Position numbers and translations under genes: made by a program. From the IMG/VR virus record IMGVR_UViG_3300028454_001165, positions 1 through 64,000 of that record: a stretch of 64,000 nucleotides of DNA; one strand, written 5' to 3'. Origin of the DNA: a virus. Lineage: Duplodnaviria; Heunggongvirae; Uroviricota; Caudoviricetes. The stretch's first letter is position 1. Each line of letters begins with the position of its first letter. Of the stretch, positions 19,305-28,687 are shown piece after piece. The notes beneath the pieces are model-generated. The model searched no databases. It was not told where the DNA came from and saw only the letters and a program-made list of their open reading frames with translations.

Positions 19305-20420
19305 ATGTCTGACAACATGAAGAAATTCGTTACCGCGCTTCTGATCCTCGCCGTTTACTTGATTGGCGGGATCATCGTTTATGCATCCACTCACGAGACC
19401 ATCCCTGCCGGATATGTCGGTTACATATATGACCGGACAGCAAATGCAAAAGACGACGTTATCGAAGGGACGTCCGTTCTGAACAGTGAAAAGACGGGCC
19501 GTATCCGAATAAACCCTATCACGCAGGACGTACTGAAATACCCGACGACGATCATTTCCAAAAACTGGACGCGGCTCGAAGAGGGCGACAATAAGGTTGA
19601 TATGTCCATGTCCATCGCTTCCAGCGAAGGCAAAAACATCGACGCCGACATTTATATTTCCATCCGCCCCACCGACATCGGTAAAATTATCAAGTCGTTC
19701 GGCACGAAATCCTTCGATTCGATCATTGACAATGATATTTACGGGCTGGCAAAAGGCAAGCTGAACGGCGTCACACAGGAATATTCGGTGTATGACGTAC
19801 AGGCCAACCGAACGGAAATTCAGCAGAAAGCGTTCGACGTGCTGAAAACCGTTCTGAACGACATATACGGTGTGGAACTGATCCGGTTCGAACTCGGTAC
19901 GCTGATCCTTCCGGATGATATTCAGCTTAAAATCGACCAGAAGACGGAAGCGCAGAACGAGGTTGAATTAGCCAGACTGGAAAGAGAAAAACAGGACGAG
20001 ATCAACGCCCAAATCGTAGACGCGCAGAAAGCCCAGAGCGAGAAAGAGCTTCTTCAGAGACAGACGGAAGCCGATGCCGCCGCTTATGAGGTTGCAAAAG
20101 AAGCACAGGCACAGATCGACGCGCAGAAGGCAAAGGCGGAGGTGGCGCAGATCAAGCGTGACGAAGCCGAAGCAGAACAGAAATCCAAGGTCGAAATTGC
20201 CCGTATGCAGGTTGAAGAAGCGGAGCTGAAAAAGAAGGCCGAGCTTGAAAACCAGCAGACGCTGACGGACAGTTACTTCCGCGACCGGGAGCTTGATATT
20301 CAGGAGGCGGCGGTCAAAGCGATCAACGGATCGGTGAAAACCATCATCACTTCCGGGGACGGCGAAGGCTACGGCGGACTGTTCGGGATCAAGGAGATTC
20401 TGGCATCGGAAAACGAATAA
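19305..20420 (+). CDS. SPFH/Band-7 (prohibitin / HflK-C / stomatin-like) membrane protein (371 aa)
   Basis: N-terminal TM helix. SPFH-like core. Long Ala/Glu/Gln/Lys coiled coil (ELARLEREKQDEINAQ...). AAAGGAGAAACAC RBS. Confidence 0.7.
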   Translation: MSDNMKKFVTALLILAVYLIGGIIVYASTHETIPAGYVGYIYDRTANAKDDVIEGTSVLNSEKTGRIRINPITQDVLKYPTTIISKNWTRLEEGDNKVDMSMSIASSEGKNIDADIYISIRPTDIGKIIKSFGTKSFDSIIDNDIYGLAKGKLNGVTQEYSVYDVQANRTEIQQKAFDVLKTVLNDIYGVELIRFELGTLILPDDIQLKIDQKTEAQNEVELARLEREKQDEINAQIVDAQKAQSEKELLQRQTEADAAAYEVAKEAQAQIDAQKAKAEVAQIKRDEAEAEQKSKVEIARMQVEEAELKKKAELENQQTLTDSYFRDRELDIQEAAVKAINGSVKTIITSGDGEGYGGLFGIKEILASENE

Positions 20421-20437
20421 TAAGGAGGGTCGATATT

Positions 20438-20776
20438 TTGGAATCAGCGGAAAACTGGAAAGAAGACTACTCGACGCGGTTTGACGAACTCAGACGGAAT
20501 CGGGTAGAGATGAGCAGATTGAAATACGGTTCGGCAAAAAAGAATTTTCGCAGCGGGAACGTGAAAGCGCTTGATACTATGAAACTCTGCGTGAATAAAT
20601 ACATAGAGACCGGCAACACGGAGTATCTCTGCGACGCCGCAAACTATCTGATGTTCGAATTCATGTGGCCGCAGCATCCAGACGCGCATTTCCGTGCTAC
20701 GGATTCTTCTGAATCGGCCGGGGTGGTCGGTATCACGGAGATGGAGATGGCCGCTCTGAGAGAACAGGATTACTGA
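20438..20776 (+). CDS. hypothetical protein (112 aa)
   Basis: RBS AAGGAGGG. Confidence 0.5.
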   Translation: MESAENWKEDYSTRFDELRRNRVEMSRLKYGSAKKNFRSGNVKALDTMKLCVNKYIETGNTEYLCDAANYLMFEFMWPQHPDAHFRATDSSESAGVVGITEMEMAALREQDY

Positions 20777-20777
20777 T

Positions 20778-21020
20778 ATGGCAGGTTGGAAACAGCAGGC
20801 CCGGCAGTATGGAAGGGTCAATGCAAAATCGTTATCCGTTCTTGCACAAGATCAGAAGCCGCCGGAGAAGAAAGTAATAGACGCATACAGGACGAAAGAG
20901 CAGGCGGACGTGTGTCTTGGCTGCTCAAAAACGGTCTGCACCGGTAGTCCGGAATGCTTTCGAAAACGGAGAAAGGAGCTGACATGCGCAAAATCGGAAG
21001 AATCATCTGCAACGCGATAG
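20778..21020 (+). CDS. hypothetical Cys-rich protein (80 aa)
   Basis: Stop/start overlap with upstream gene (TGATATGG). CLGC...CTGSPEC cysteines. Confidence 0.4.
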   Translation: MAGWKQQARQYGRVNAKSLSVLAQDQKPPEKKVIDAYRTKEQADVCLGCSKTVCTGSPECFRKRRKELTCAKSEESSATR

Positions 21021-21124
21021 AGGCGCTTCTTGTTCTCTTCTCCTTTGTTGCAATTTTCGGAGCGCTGACATTCGCGGCGGCATGGATCACATATACCGCC
21101 GTTTCATGGCTTATGAGGGTATGA
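20984..21124 (+). CDS. putative 46-aa membrane peptide (overlapping frame)
   Basis: AAAGGAG RBS 5 nt upstream of ATG 20984. Hydrophobic LLVLFSFVAIFGALTFAAAWITY. Confidence 0.3.
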   Translation: MRKIGRIICNAIEALLVLFSFVAIFGALTFAAAWITYTAVSWLMRV

Positions 21125-21129
21125 TATGC

Positions 21130-22359
21130 ATGGACATACAGAAAGCAATGTCCGCTGCTGACGGGCTCGACGCATACCAGATCGATGCGATAAATCAAAT
21201 GAAGAACGGCTGTATTCTCTGCGGCGGCGTCGGTTCCGGGAAATCCCGGACTGCTCTTGGATATTACTATAAAGACTTTGAGCAGATCCGGGAGAGGAGC
21301 GGACACGAAATGCCGCTTATCATTATCACGACCGCGAAGAAGCGCGATACGGGGGAATGGCAGGAGGAATGCAGACTGTTCGGGATTCCTTTCACCGGTG
21401 ATCTGATCGTTGACTCGTGGAATAATATCGGAAAATACGTCGGCGAGATCGGCGCGTTTTTTATATTCGATGAGCAGCGGGTCGTCGGCAGCGGGGCATG
21501 GGTCAAATCTTTTCTGAAAATCGTCCGGGCCAACCGATGGATCCTTCTGTCGGCTACGCCCGGCGATACATGGAAGGACTATATACCGGTCTTCATCGCC
21601 AATGGGTTTTACAAGAATCGGACTGAATTTACCCGTGAGCACATCGTCTACTCCCAGTTCACAAATTTTCCGAAGATCGATCGATACCTTGAGACGGCAA
21701 AGCTCATGCGGCTGCGGGATTCCATTCTCGTTCGGATGGACTATGTCAAGCACACGAAGGACAGACATGAGGACATCTGGTGCCAGTATGATATTCCGGG
21801 GTACCGGTCGATCATGCGGAATATGTGGAACCCGTGGACGGACGAACCGATCGATACGGCGGGAGCGCTATGCTATGCGCTGAGAAGAATCTGCTATTCG
21901 GACAAATCGCGTCTGGAGGCGCTTCAAAAGCTGCTTGGCATTCATCCGAAAGCAATTATATTTTACAATTATGATTTTGAACTTGATCTTCTGCGGGTAT
22001 TCTGTACGGAACACGGGATCGTCTGGGGAGAATGCAATGGCCACCGGCACGACGAGGTTCCCATGGGTGACCGATGGGTCTACCTTGTGAACTTCCAGAG
22101 CGGAGCCGAAGGATGGAACTGTATTGCCACGGACACATTGATATTCTATTCCGAGAACTATTCTTACCGGATCATGCAGCAGGCGGCCGGACGGATTGAC
22201 AGACGGAACACGCCGTTTGATATTTTGTACTACTATCACCTGAAGTCCCATTCGTCAATCGAATTGACGATCATGCGGACGCTGAGGGACAAGAAGGATT
22301 TCAACGAAGGCGGGTTCTACCGAAAAATCGCGGGATCGCGGGAAAAACATGGTTCTTAA
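21130..22359 (+). CDS. SF2 (DEAD/DEAH-like) helicase (409 aa; alternative start 21121)
   Basis: Walker A CGGVGSGKS. DEAD-like IFDEQR. Motif III LLSATPG. Motif VI QQAAGRIDR. Confidence 0.7.
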   Translation: MDIQKAMSAADGLDAYQIDAINQMKNGCILCGGVGSGKSRTALGYYYKDFEQIRERSGHEMPLIIITTAKKRDTGEWQEECRLFGIPFTGDLIVDSWNNIGKYVGEIGAFFIFDEQRVVGSGAWVKSFLKIVRANRWILLSATPGDTWKDYIPVFIANGFYKNRTEFTREHIVYSQFTNFPKIDRYLETAKLMRLRDSILVRMDYVKHTKDRHEDIWCQYDIPGYRSIMRNMWNPWTDEPIDTAGALCYALRRICYSDKSRLEALQKLLGIHPKAIIFYNYDFELDLLRVFCTEHGIVWGECNGHRHDEVPMGDRWVYLVNFQSGAEGWNCIATDTLIFYSENYSYRIMQQAAGRIDRRNTPFDILYYYHLKSHSSIELTIMRTLRDKKDFNEGGFYRKIAGSREKHGS

Positions 22360-22391
22360 TGGAAATCATATTTTTCCGAAGGAGAAAGAAA

Positions 22392-22604
22392 ATGAACAAC
22401 AAAATTCTGAATCAAGCAGGTACGGTTGTATTTGTTCTTGGTATGATCGGGGGAGTTATGTATTTCTGCGACAATGTCTATAACCTTACGAGGACGATTG
22501 CAAAAGACATTTGCAGATACAAGGACAGCTCCGCAAAAGCCAGAAAAACCGACAACGGACATGCTTCCGGCGAAAAGGCGTTCAAGATTGGATTCTGCGG
22601 TTGA
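22392..22604 (+). CDS. small membrane protein (70 aa)
   Basis: GGAGAAAGAAA RBS. TM helix GTVVFVLGMIGGVMYF. Confidence 0.45.
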   Translation: MNNKILNQAGTVVFVLGMIGGVMYFCDNVYNLTRTIAKDICRYKDSSAKARKTDNGHASGEKAFKIGFCG

Positions 22605-22691
22605 GGTGAGGACCGAAAAGGACAGGGGCCGAGCATGATCTCTTCCTTTTTATATTTCTGAGTTTATTACGTGTTGAAAAGGAGATTCCAT

Positions 22692-23000
22692 ATGGCGAAC
22701 GAACGGAGAAGCTTCGAGATCGGCAAACTATTATCTACGAGAGGGGTTGCAGACAGGATGCAGGAAGACAGACAATTCGCATACTTTGTTGCCCTGTCTC
22801 TCGGAAGGTACATGAACTGCGACTGGGGCGAGCTGACGGACGAAGATAAGGCGCAGAACGACGAGGCCGTAGCCAGCGGAGAAGACCGGATCTTTGCTTC
22901 CTATACCCGCAAGACCGGTGACGGGGAGGAAACAAAGTTTTGGATCATCACAGAGTGGGATCGAAGCGTGACGACGATTCTGTTCCCGGACGAATATTGA
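22692..23000 (+). CDS. hypothetical protein (102 aa)
   Basis: AAAAGGAGA RBS. Stop codon supplied by the TTGATATTT junction motif. Confidence 0.5.
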   Translation: MANERRSFEIGKLLSTRGVADRMQEDRQFAYFVALSLGRYMNCDWGELTDEDKAQNDEAVASGEDRIFASYTRKTGDGEETKFWIITEWDRSVTTILFPDEY

Positions 23001-23072
23001 TATTTTCGGGACGCGAAAAAACCATGTCTCTTAATGGATAACTATTCTACAATCCACAAAGGAGACAAAAAC

Positions 23073-23633
23073 ATGAGGAATACGGTGAAAGAATTTTCCG
23101 ACCTGTTTTCATTGGTCAGCAGACTGATCGATTGCGTCAGCGGAGCGTTATTACGGACGCTTACCGCGATTGTGATCATCGGGAAGCTGTTCGTGAAACC
23201 GGTGGAGATTGCGATCGGCATTCTCAGGGATTTCGAGGCCAGAAGGGAAGAGAGAAGGTTAAAGAAAGCGAAGAGGAACGAGTCCGCAATGGGCTCCTCC
23301 TCTCCTTTTTTTGTGAAAGGAGAACACATGAAAGAAAAGGAAACCGCCATTATGATCCGCGCAAAATCCCCGACGATTATGCACCCGGAGAGACTTGACG
23401 ATATGAAGGCCATACTCCGGGAGCAGATCGCGGAGAAATACAAATGCGAAGAGATGATCAGCCATACGTATGAAGAAGGGCAATCCCGAATAATTCGTTT
23501 CTATATCTGCCGCAAAGGGGGACTCAAAAACAGTCTCCGGTACAGGTTGGAAAAAGATCTGGCGCGAATGAAGCGGCAATGGCTTCCGATGACCGGATAT
23601 GCGGTAATGATCGCAAGCGGGGCAAAACAATAA
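23073..23633 (+). CDS. hypothetical protein (186 aa; possibly two genes, internal RBS+ATG at 23328)
   Basis: CAAAGGAGACAAAAAC RBS before ATG 23073. A second AAAGGAGAACAC-ATG at 23328 is in the same frame without an intervening stop. Confidence 0.4.
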   Translation: MRNTVKEFSDLFSLVSRLIDCVSGALLRTLTAIVIIGKLFVKPVEIAIGILRDFEARREERRLKKAKRNESAMGSSSPFFVKGEHMKEKETAIMIRAKSPTIMHPERLDDMKAILREQIAEKYKCEEMISHTYEEGQSRIIRFYICRKGGLKNSLRYRLEKDLARMKRQWLPMTGYAVMIASGAKQ

Positions 23634-23658
23634 GCTAATAAGAGAAAGGAGAAAATCA

Positions 23659-24111
23659 ATGAAGAATGCCAATGATATTTGCAAAGTTCTCGAAAAGGGG
23701 TTCGAGGCGGAGAAGAAAATGATCCGCACTTGGCTGAAAGGACCTGTCGCGGGAGTCATGCTGACTGGCGCCGGGCTTGTCGTACTCTCTATGAACGGCG
23801 TTGACGTAACCGGGCTGCTCGGCGGAAATAAAGACGGTTCCGCGGCCGTTGCTGCGCCTTCCGCAGACTACGACACGCTGGCAGAAGAAGGAATCCGTAA
23901 GATCCTTGAAGGAACAGGCGGCTATACTTTCGACAGCAACCTTCTTTGCGCGGCGCAAGAGATCCGGGATATCTCCGTTCAGCAGGGGAGCGGGAATAAG
24001 GCGAAGACTGCCGCGCTGAACGCGCTGAGTGATATTTCGTCCCGTTGTGATTTTGACAGCTCAAGACGGAAGATCGCAGGATACATCAAGGAAATCGCAA
24101 TGGCGATCTGA
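23659..24111 (+). CDS. hypothetical membrane-anchored protein (150 aa)
   Basis: AAAGGAGAAAATCA RBS. Hydrophobic VAGVMLTGAGLVVL. Confidence 0.5.
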   Translation: MKNANDICKVLEKGFEAEKKMIRTWLKGPVAGVMLTGAGLVVLSMNGVDVTGLLGGNKDGSAAVAAPSADYDTLAEEGIRKILEGTGGYTFDSNLLCAAQEIRDISVQQGSGNKAKTAALNALSDISSRCDFDSSRRKIAGYIKEIAMAI

Positions 24112-24162
24112 GGCACTATATACTTTAACATCATTTATATTTGAATAAGGAGAATCAATCAA

Positions 24163-24669
24163 ATGACTGTTATGAGATCCGTATGGACAAACGTAAGCAA
24201 GCCCGATGTCGGAGACAAAATCGCTGTGCAGCTCGAAGAGTTCGGCAACTTCACGGCAACCTGTCAGAAGGTGAATGAAGACCGCGCGGAGTTCATCTTT
24301 GACAATTGCGTCGCCGATGAAATCAGAGACGATGTGGACTCAGTTCTTGAGAAGATTGCGGCTGGGCTTCGGGATTCACTTAAAGCCAAGCTTTTGAAAG
24401 TCGATATCCCGACCTACGGACAGATCTTCGGCCATGACGATTTCTACGAGAGATTTGAGCCGGACAATGACGAGCGGTGGCCGTTGATGAAAGATCGTCG
24501 AAATCGAATCGCACTTGATACGGACGGCAATCTTAACTGGTACTGGCTTAAGAATCGCTGTAAAAATTCTGCGCCCGCCTTCGCCTATGTCTACTACGTT
24601 GGCGCTGCGGGCAGCAACCACGCGTCGGGCAGCGGTGGGGTTCGTCCGGCTTTTCTGTTGGAGCTTTGA
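24163..24669 (+). CDS. hypothetical protein (168 aa)
   Basis: AAGGAGAATCAATCAA RBS. Stop inside the TTTGATATTC junction. Confidence 0.5.
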   Translation: MTVMRSVWTNVSKPDVGDKIAVQLEEFGNFTATCQKVNEDRAEFIFDNCVADEIRDDVDSVLEKIAAGLRDSLKAKLLKVDIPTYGQIFGHDDFYERFEPDNDERWPLMKDRRNRIALDTDGNLNWYWLKNRCKNSAPAFAYVYYVGAAGSNHASGSGGVRPAFLLEL

Positions 24670-24724
24670 TATTCACCTGAACCCGAGACCCCTCGTGGGT
24701 CGAGGCGCTTATAAAAAGGAGAAC

Positions 24725-25159
24725 ATGATGGGCAATCGAGCAGTGATCATGACGCCTGCCGGATACGGACAGGAGAGCGGCATTGGGATCTATCTTCATT
24801 GGAATGGCGGGTATGACAGCATATCCGCTTTTCTGAAATACTGCGAGCTTAGAGGGTTTCGCCCTCCGGACGAGGACTGCTACGGCTGGGCGAGGCTCTG
24901 CCAGATCATCGGGAATTACTTCGGCGGGGATTTATCCATCGGGATCGATGCTTTTCCGCGTCTTCCCGTTGACAATGGGGACAACGGAACATTCATTATT
25001 GAGAAGTGGAAAATAGTCGGGCGGAAATTCAACGATCTGCCGGAACAGCATATCTACGACCTTTGTGAGATGGTATGCGCGATCGACAAGGCACAGCCTC
25101 GGAAAGACAGGCTTGGGAAGAAATACATCAAGATAGCTTTGAAAGGGGAAAGTATATGA
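24725..25159 (+). CDS. hypothetical protein (144 aa)
   Basis: AAAAAGGAG RBS. Upstream hairpin GACCC-ctcgt-GGGTC. Confidence 0.5.
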   Translation: MMGNRAVIMTPAGYGQESGIGIYLHWNGGYDSISAFLKYCELRGFRPPDEDCYGWARLCQIIGNYFGGDLSIGIDAFPRLPVDNGDNGTFIIEKWKIVGRKFNDLPEQHIYDLCEMVCAIDKAQPRKDRLGKKYIKIALKGESI

Positions 25160-25407
25160 AAAGAGTGCTGGCCGTGGCATTATTCGTAATAATCCTGCTG
25201 GCAATGCTTAATGCTTGCGGAACGAATATCCAAATTATCGATACAACCTGGCGATATTCTTACGGATACGTCTATCTCGGAGGTGAGAAAATTGCCGAAG
25301 GGAAAGTCGACAGCTGGCTCGATTTTGAAAACTCTGATATGATTCAGGTAAAAATCGACGGAAAAGTGTATCTAACACACTCAGCAAATGTTGTTCTTGT
25401 TGGGTAA
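25156..25407 (+). CDS. small lipoprotein candidate (83 aa)
   Basis: ATGA overlap with upstream gene. GAAAGGGGA RBS. Signal peptide with LNAC lipobox-like cysteine. Confidence 0.45.
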   Translation: MKRVLAVALFVIILLAMLNACGTNIQIIDTTWRYSYGYVYLGGEKIAEGKVDSWLDFENSDMIQVKIDGKVYLTHSANVVLVG

Positions 25408-25428
25408 TAAGGAAAGGAGTAGTACACA

Positions 25429-26211
25429 ATGTTGAAAATTGAAAATGTGACAATTGAAGGCTGGGAATCCGCGATCCGGGGAATGCGGAATCCGATGAAC
25501 TCGTGGACGAAATCTGATAGCTACGAAGGCTACGACTGCCATGCATGCGGGAAAATCGATCGCGAGGGTTCTTGCGCGAAAGCCGATCGCGACGAAGGCG
25601 TCTGCAAAAAATTCCACGGATGGCAAATCGGCCCAAACGACCGTAAACTTATGGAGAGCCTGAGAGACGCAGGATCGGATCACGCGAAGTACCGGAGAAT
25701 GATCGTCGTATGGTGTGATATTCTCGCTCCGCTGTACTGGTGGAAGGAGTTCGACACCTACAAAGTTGGGACGGTTGCCAACTCCTGCTCGACGATGCAT
25801 AAGATCGCGGAGAAAGAGTTCGTGCTTGATGATTTCTCGCATGAGCATCTTTCCGACTTTGCGCGGGATTATATCCTCGGCGATGCCATTCACGAACTGA
25901 ATGTTAACCGGCATGAGTATCTTGTGACCGGTGAAAAACAGTACTGGTGGAACATGATTCAGCTTCTTCCTTCATCCTATAATCAAAAGCGGACGATCAT
26001 GTTGAACTACGAGGTGTTGGCAAACATCTATCCGGCGAGAAGAAATCACAAGCTCGACGAGTGGCATACGTTCTGCGACTGGATCGAGAGTTTGCCGGAG
26101 AGCTGGATCATCGTCGGAGAGACCGAAGACGAAAGAATCGAGAAATTATATTCCGCCGCAAAAACCGCAGTAAAGGAGTATGCCGACGGCGGACTTGCTC
26201 CGACAACCTAA
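25429..26211 (+). CDS. ThyX-like (flavin-dependent thymidylate synthase fold) protein with Cys4 insertion; catalytic RHR motif not evident
   Basis: N-terminus and the APLYWWKEFDTYK...S and NQKRTIMLNYEVLAN...HKLDEW segments align by eye to ThyX conserved blocks. CHACGK...C...C insertion. The RHR catalytic motif is replaced by DTY. Confidence 0.35.
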   Translation: MLKIENVTIEGWESAIRGMRNPMNSWTKSDSYEGYDCHACGKIDREGSCAKADRDEGVCKKFHGWQIGPNDRKLMESLRDAGSDHAKYRRMIVVWCDILAPLYWWKEFDTYKVGTVANSCSTMHKIAEKEFVLDDFSHEHLSDFARDYILGDAIHELNVNRHEYLVTGEKQYWWNMIQLLPSSYNQKRTIMLNYEVLANIYPARRNHKLDEWHTFCDWIESLPESWIIVGETEDERIEKLYSAAKTAVKEYADGGLAPTT

Positions 26212-26246
26212 TATAAAAAATCAAAGAAGGAGAAATAAAAAAAAAA

Positions 26247-26615
26247 ATGACTGCTGAAAATTGCGTCGAGGAAAAAGTCGACCTCCGGGCAAAGCTCGAA
26301 CAGGTCACGGAGGAATGCGGAGAACTGGCGGCGGCCTGCATGAAGCTTGTGCGGGCTCTCGGCAACGGAAATCCCTGCAATGTAACCGAAGAAGAGGCCA
26401 TCGCCAAGGTACTTGAAGAATGGTCCGACGTGGAGGTTGCCGGTATCTACCTTCTGCAGATGCTTGAGGGCATGTGCGACTATGATATTTACGACCGGAT
26501 CGATGAGATCGGGGCCGAGAAAACGGCAAGATGGCAGAAACGGGTAAAGGAGGACGGAAACAATGAAGTACTTCCTGGCGATGCTTGTTGTAACGGTGAT
26601 GCTTGCGATCTTTAA
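26247..26615 (+). CDS. MazG-like nucleotide pyrophosphohydrolase (122 aa)
   Basis: EExGE motif (VTEECGELAAAC). Conserved acidic and hydrophobic pattern (EEWSDVEVAGIYLL). Confidence 0.55.
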   Translation: MTAENCVEEKVDLRAKLEQVTEECGELAAACMKLVRALGNGNPCNVTEEEAIAKVLEEWSDVEVAGIYLLQMLEGMCDYDIYDRIDEIGAEKTARWQKRVKEDGNNEVLPGDACCNGDACDL

Positions 26616-26721
26616 GCTGGCCGGATGGACCGACGTCTCGTGGCTGTGGGTACTCTCTCCGTTCTGGCTGCCGATGATCGAAGGTGTTTTCGTCCGTATC
26701 GCGGAATGGATGGACGATTGA
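26563..26721 (+). CDS. 52-aa membrane peptide
   Basis: AAAGGAGG RBS 9 nt upstream. Sequence MKYFLAMLVVTVMLAIFKLAGW... Stop supplied by the TTGATATTT junction. Confidence 0.4.
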   Translation: MKYFLAMLVVTVMLAIFKLAGWTDVSWLWVLSPFWLPMIEGVFVRIAEWMDD

Positions 26722-26766
26722 TATTTGCAGACAAAAAATCTAAAAATTGAAAGAGAGAAAAAGGAT

Positions 26767-27189
26767 ATGATGTACATCTACAAAGTGGGGGATCTTCTCG
26801 AAACGCTGGACGGAGCGACGCGATACCGCGTGCAGACTGTTCTCGACAGAGGCTATCTTTGCGACAAAGTTATTCTGAATCAGCGCACAGGGCATTATGA
26901 TGGTAAAACAACCGTCCTTATGGATGAGATCGAGCTGGTCAAAAATGCGCGAAGATTCGGGCACGAGGAGCCGACGGATGATCCGCTCATGAGCCTTTTC
27001 AAAAATGCTGCAAACATTGTGAGTTTGGACGAGGAGAATCGCAGACTGAAGGCAGAAAACGCAAGACTGCTGCAAAAACTCAGTATCGTTGAAAAGTATA
27101 TTTTGCTGATACAAAAGAACGCAAAAATCGCGGAAGATCATCTTCAACTATCATGCAAAATGCCGGAGGGTAATAACGATGGCCAATAA
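26767..27189 (+). CDS. hypothetical protein (140 aa)
   Basis: GAGAGAAAAAGGAT RBS. C-terminal coiled coil. Confidence 0.5.
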   Translation: MMYIYKVGDLLETLDGATRYRVQTVLDRGYLCDKVILNQRTGHYDGKTTVLMDEIELVKNARRFGHEEPTDDPLMSLFKNAANIVSLDEENRRLKAENARLLQKLSIVEKYILLIQKNAKIAEDHLQLSCKMPEGNNDGQ

Positions 27190-27565
27190 GCATTATATTT
27201 TCAAGAACGGATCGCAGGAGGCACAGGACATGATCTGTGCGCTTGTAGGGATCGACGACATCCGGTATCTCAGCGACGGGCATCATACCTTTGACGGTCT
27301 TTATCATCAGCGAGCGGTGCTTTTTGGAGCTCTTGTAAAAGCGAACAAAGATCTGGCATGGAAATCAAGACGACATGACGACGGGGAGTATTGCTTCGGA
27401 GATCCGAAGTGGTTTATCGTCGGCATCAATACGCCGAAAGGACAGTACACGTATCATTATCACTATGATGACTACTGGGATCTGTTTGACTGCAAGGAAC
27501 TTGACAGAGCTCCCAAATGGGACGGACATGATGAAAAGGATGTAACGAGACTGCTGAGTCTTTGA
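27179..27565 (+). CDS. hypothetical protein (128 aa)
   Basis: Start overlaps the upstream gene's stop. Confidence 0.45.
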   Translation: MANKHYIFKNGSQEAQDMICALVGIDDIRYLSDGHHTFDGLYHQRAVLFGALVKANKDLAWKSRRHDDGEYCFGDPKWFIVGINTPKGQYTYHYHYDDYWDLFDCKELDRAPKWDGHDEKDVTRLLSL

Positions 27566-27590
27566 TTGATATTTCCGAAAGGAGGCCCTT

Positions 27591-27929
27591 ATGAAGGCAA
27601 AACTGGACGCCGGAACGGTGAAAAAGCGGAATCCGATCACGGAGCAGGTAATGCGTGCCGAAGCGGAGAGGATGGCCAAAGAAGCGATTGCCGAAATGAA
27701 CCGCGAAAACGAGGCCGAGCTTGACGCTATGGTGCTTTATATTCTGCACACAGAGTTCGGGTTCGGCGAGAAACGGCTCCGGAGGTTTTATGACCGCTTT
27801 TCCGAGGGCCTCCGCGAACTTGGAGAACGATATGCTATGAATGAGTATGATGAAAAAATATGGCTTTGTCAGAGGAAGCTCAAAGAAGCCGGAATTGATA
27901 TTTCAAAGTGGGAGGAAGAAGACGGATGA
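27591..27929 (+). CDS. hypothetical protein (112 aa)
   Basis: GAAAGGAGGCCC RBS directly after a TTGATATTT junction. Confidence 0.5.
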   Translation: MKAKLDAGTVKKRNPITEQVMRAEAERMAKEAIAEMNRENEAELDAMVLYILHTEFGFGEKRLRRFYDRFSEGLRELGERYAMNEYDEKIWLCQRKLKEAGIDISKWEEEDG

Positions 27930-28129
27930 TGAACTCATTTGTTACACTAACTGCTAAAACTGGTAATACACTCGCTGTGCATATGGATGATATTCTAATC
28001 ATTTGCAGTATAGATAATGGATCCTCAATTAAACTAAAATCCACCGAAGATTGTTATTTGACAGTCTGTGAAACTATTGACGAAATTCTTGAAAAGATTG
28101 CACAGATAGGAGAGGAACAAACAAAATGA
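27926..28129 (+). CDS. hypothetical protein (67 aa), AT-rich
   Basis: GGAGGAAGAAGACGG upstream, start overlapping upstream stop. Roughly 35% GC. Confidence 0.4.
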   Translation: MMNSFVTLTAKTGNTLAVHMDDILIICSIDNGSSIKLKSTEDCYLTVCETIDEILEKIAQIGEEQTK

Positions 28130-28407
28130 AAACATACGAAGCCAAAGTTACGTTGCGAGAACGTAATATTCAGGAAATTCTATCAGAATACTTTAGCGTC
28201 AGGCCCGAAGCGGTGCGAATCACTGTTGTTCCGGTCGGAATGCTGGACGAAGAATATGTGGTAAACTGCGAGATTGTGAAGGAGATGGAAATTCCGGAAA
28301 AACCGGGCACGGTCCCGCTTCATTGGCCGGAAGGCGTGAGGGATACCGGAAAATGTACAGAGCCTCCTTTTATTGCTACATGCAAAAGTGAGGGAAGCAA
28401 TGAATAA
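28126..28407 (+). CDS. hypothetical protein (93 aa)
   Basis: ATGA overlap with upstream gene. Confidence 0.45.
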   Translation: MKTYEAKVTLRERNIQEILSEYFSVRPEAVRITVVPVGMLDEEYVVNCEIVKEMEIPEKPGTVPLHWPEGVRDTGKCTEPPFIATCKSEGSNE

Positions 28408-28687
28408 AGAGAAAAAGGGACGGATCAGATGCGCGAACTGCATCTTCTTCGAGCATGATATTTTCGCTAAATGCCATTGCGAGCAGAAGCCGGAGTATGT
28501 GCTCGACCGATATACGCGAAGGCCGGACTGGTGTCCTCTGCGGCAGAAGAGCAGGGAGGTCACAGACGAGCAGCTGCGGTGGATTAGGAGAGAACCAGAG
28601 GTCTCGGCAGAAACTCGGACAAGCATTGATCTTCAAGTGAATATCAACAATTTCATTCCGAAGGAACGGGGGGGTCTGAATGAATGA
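28400..28687 (+). CDS. Cys-rich (zinc-binding?) protein (95 aa)
   Basis: CANC...CHC...C cysteine cluster. GAGGGAAGCA upstream. Confidence 0.45.
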   Translation: MNKEKKGRIRCANCIFFEHDIFAKCHCEQKPEYVLDRYTRRPDWCPLRQKSREVTDEQLRWIRREPEVSAETRTSIDLQVNINNFIPKERGGLNE

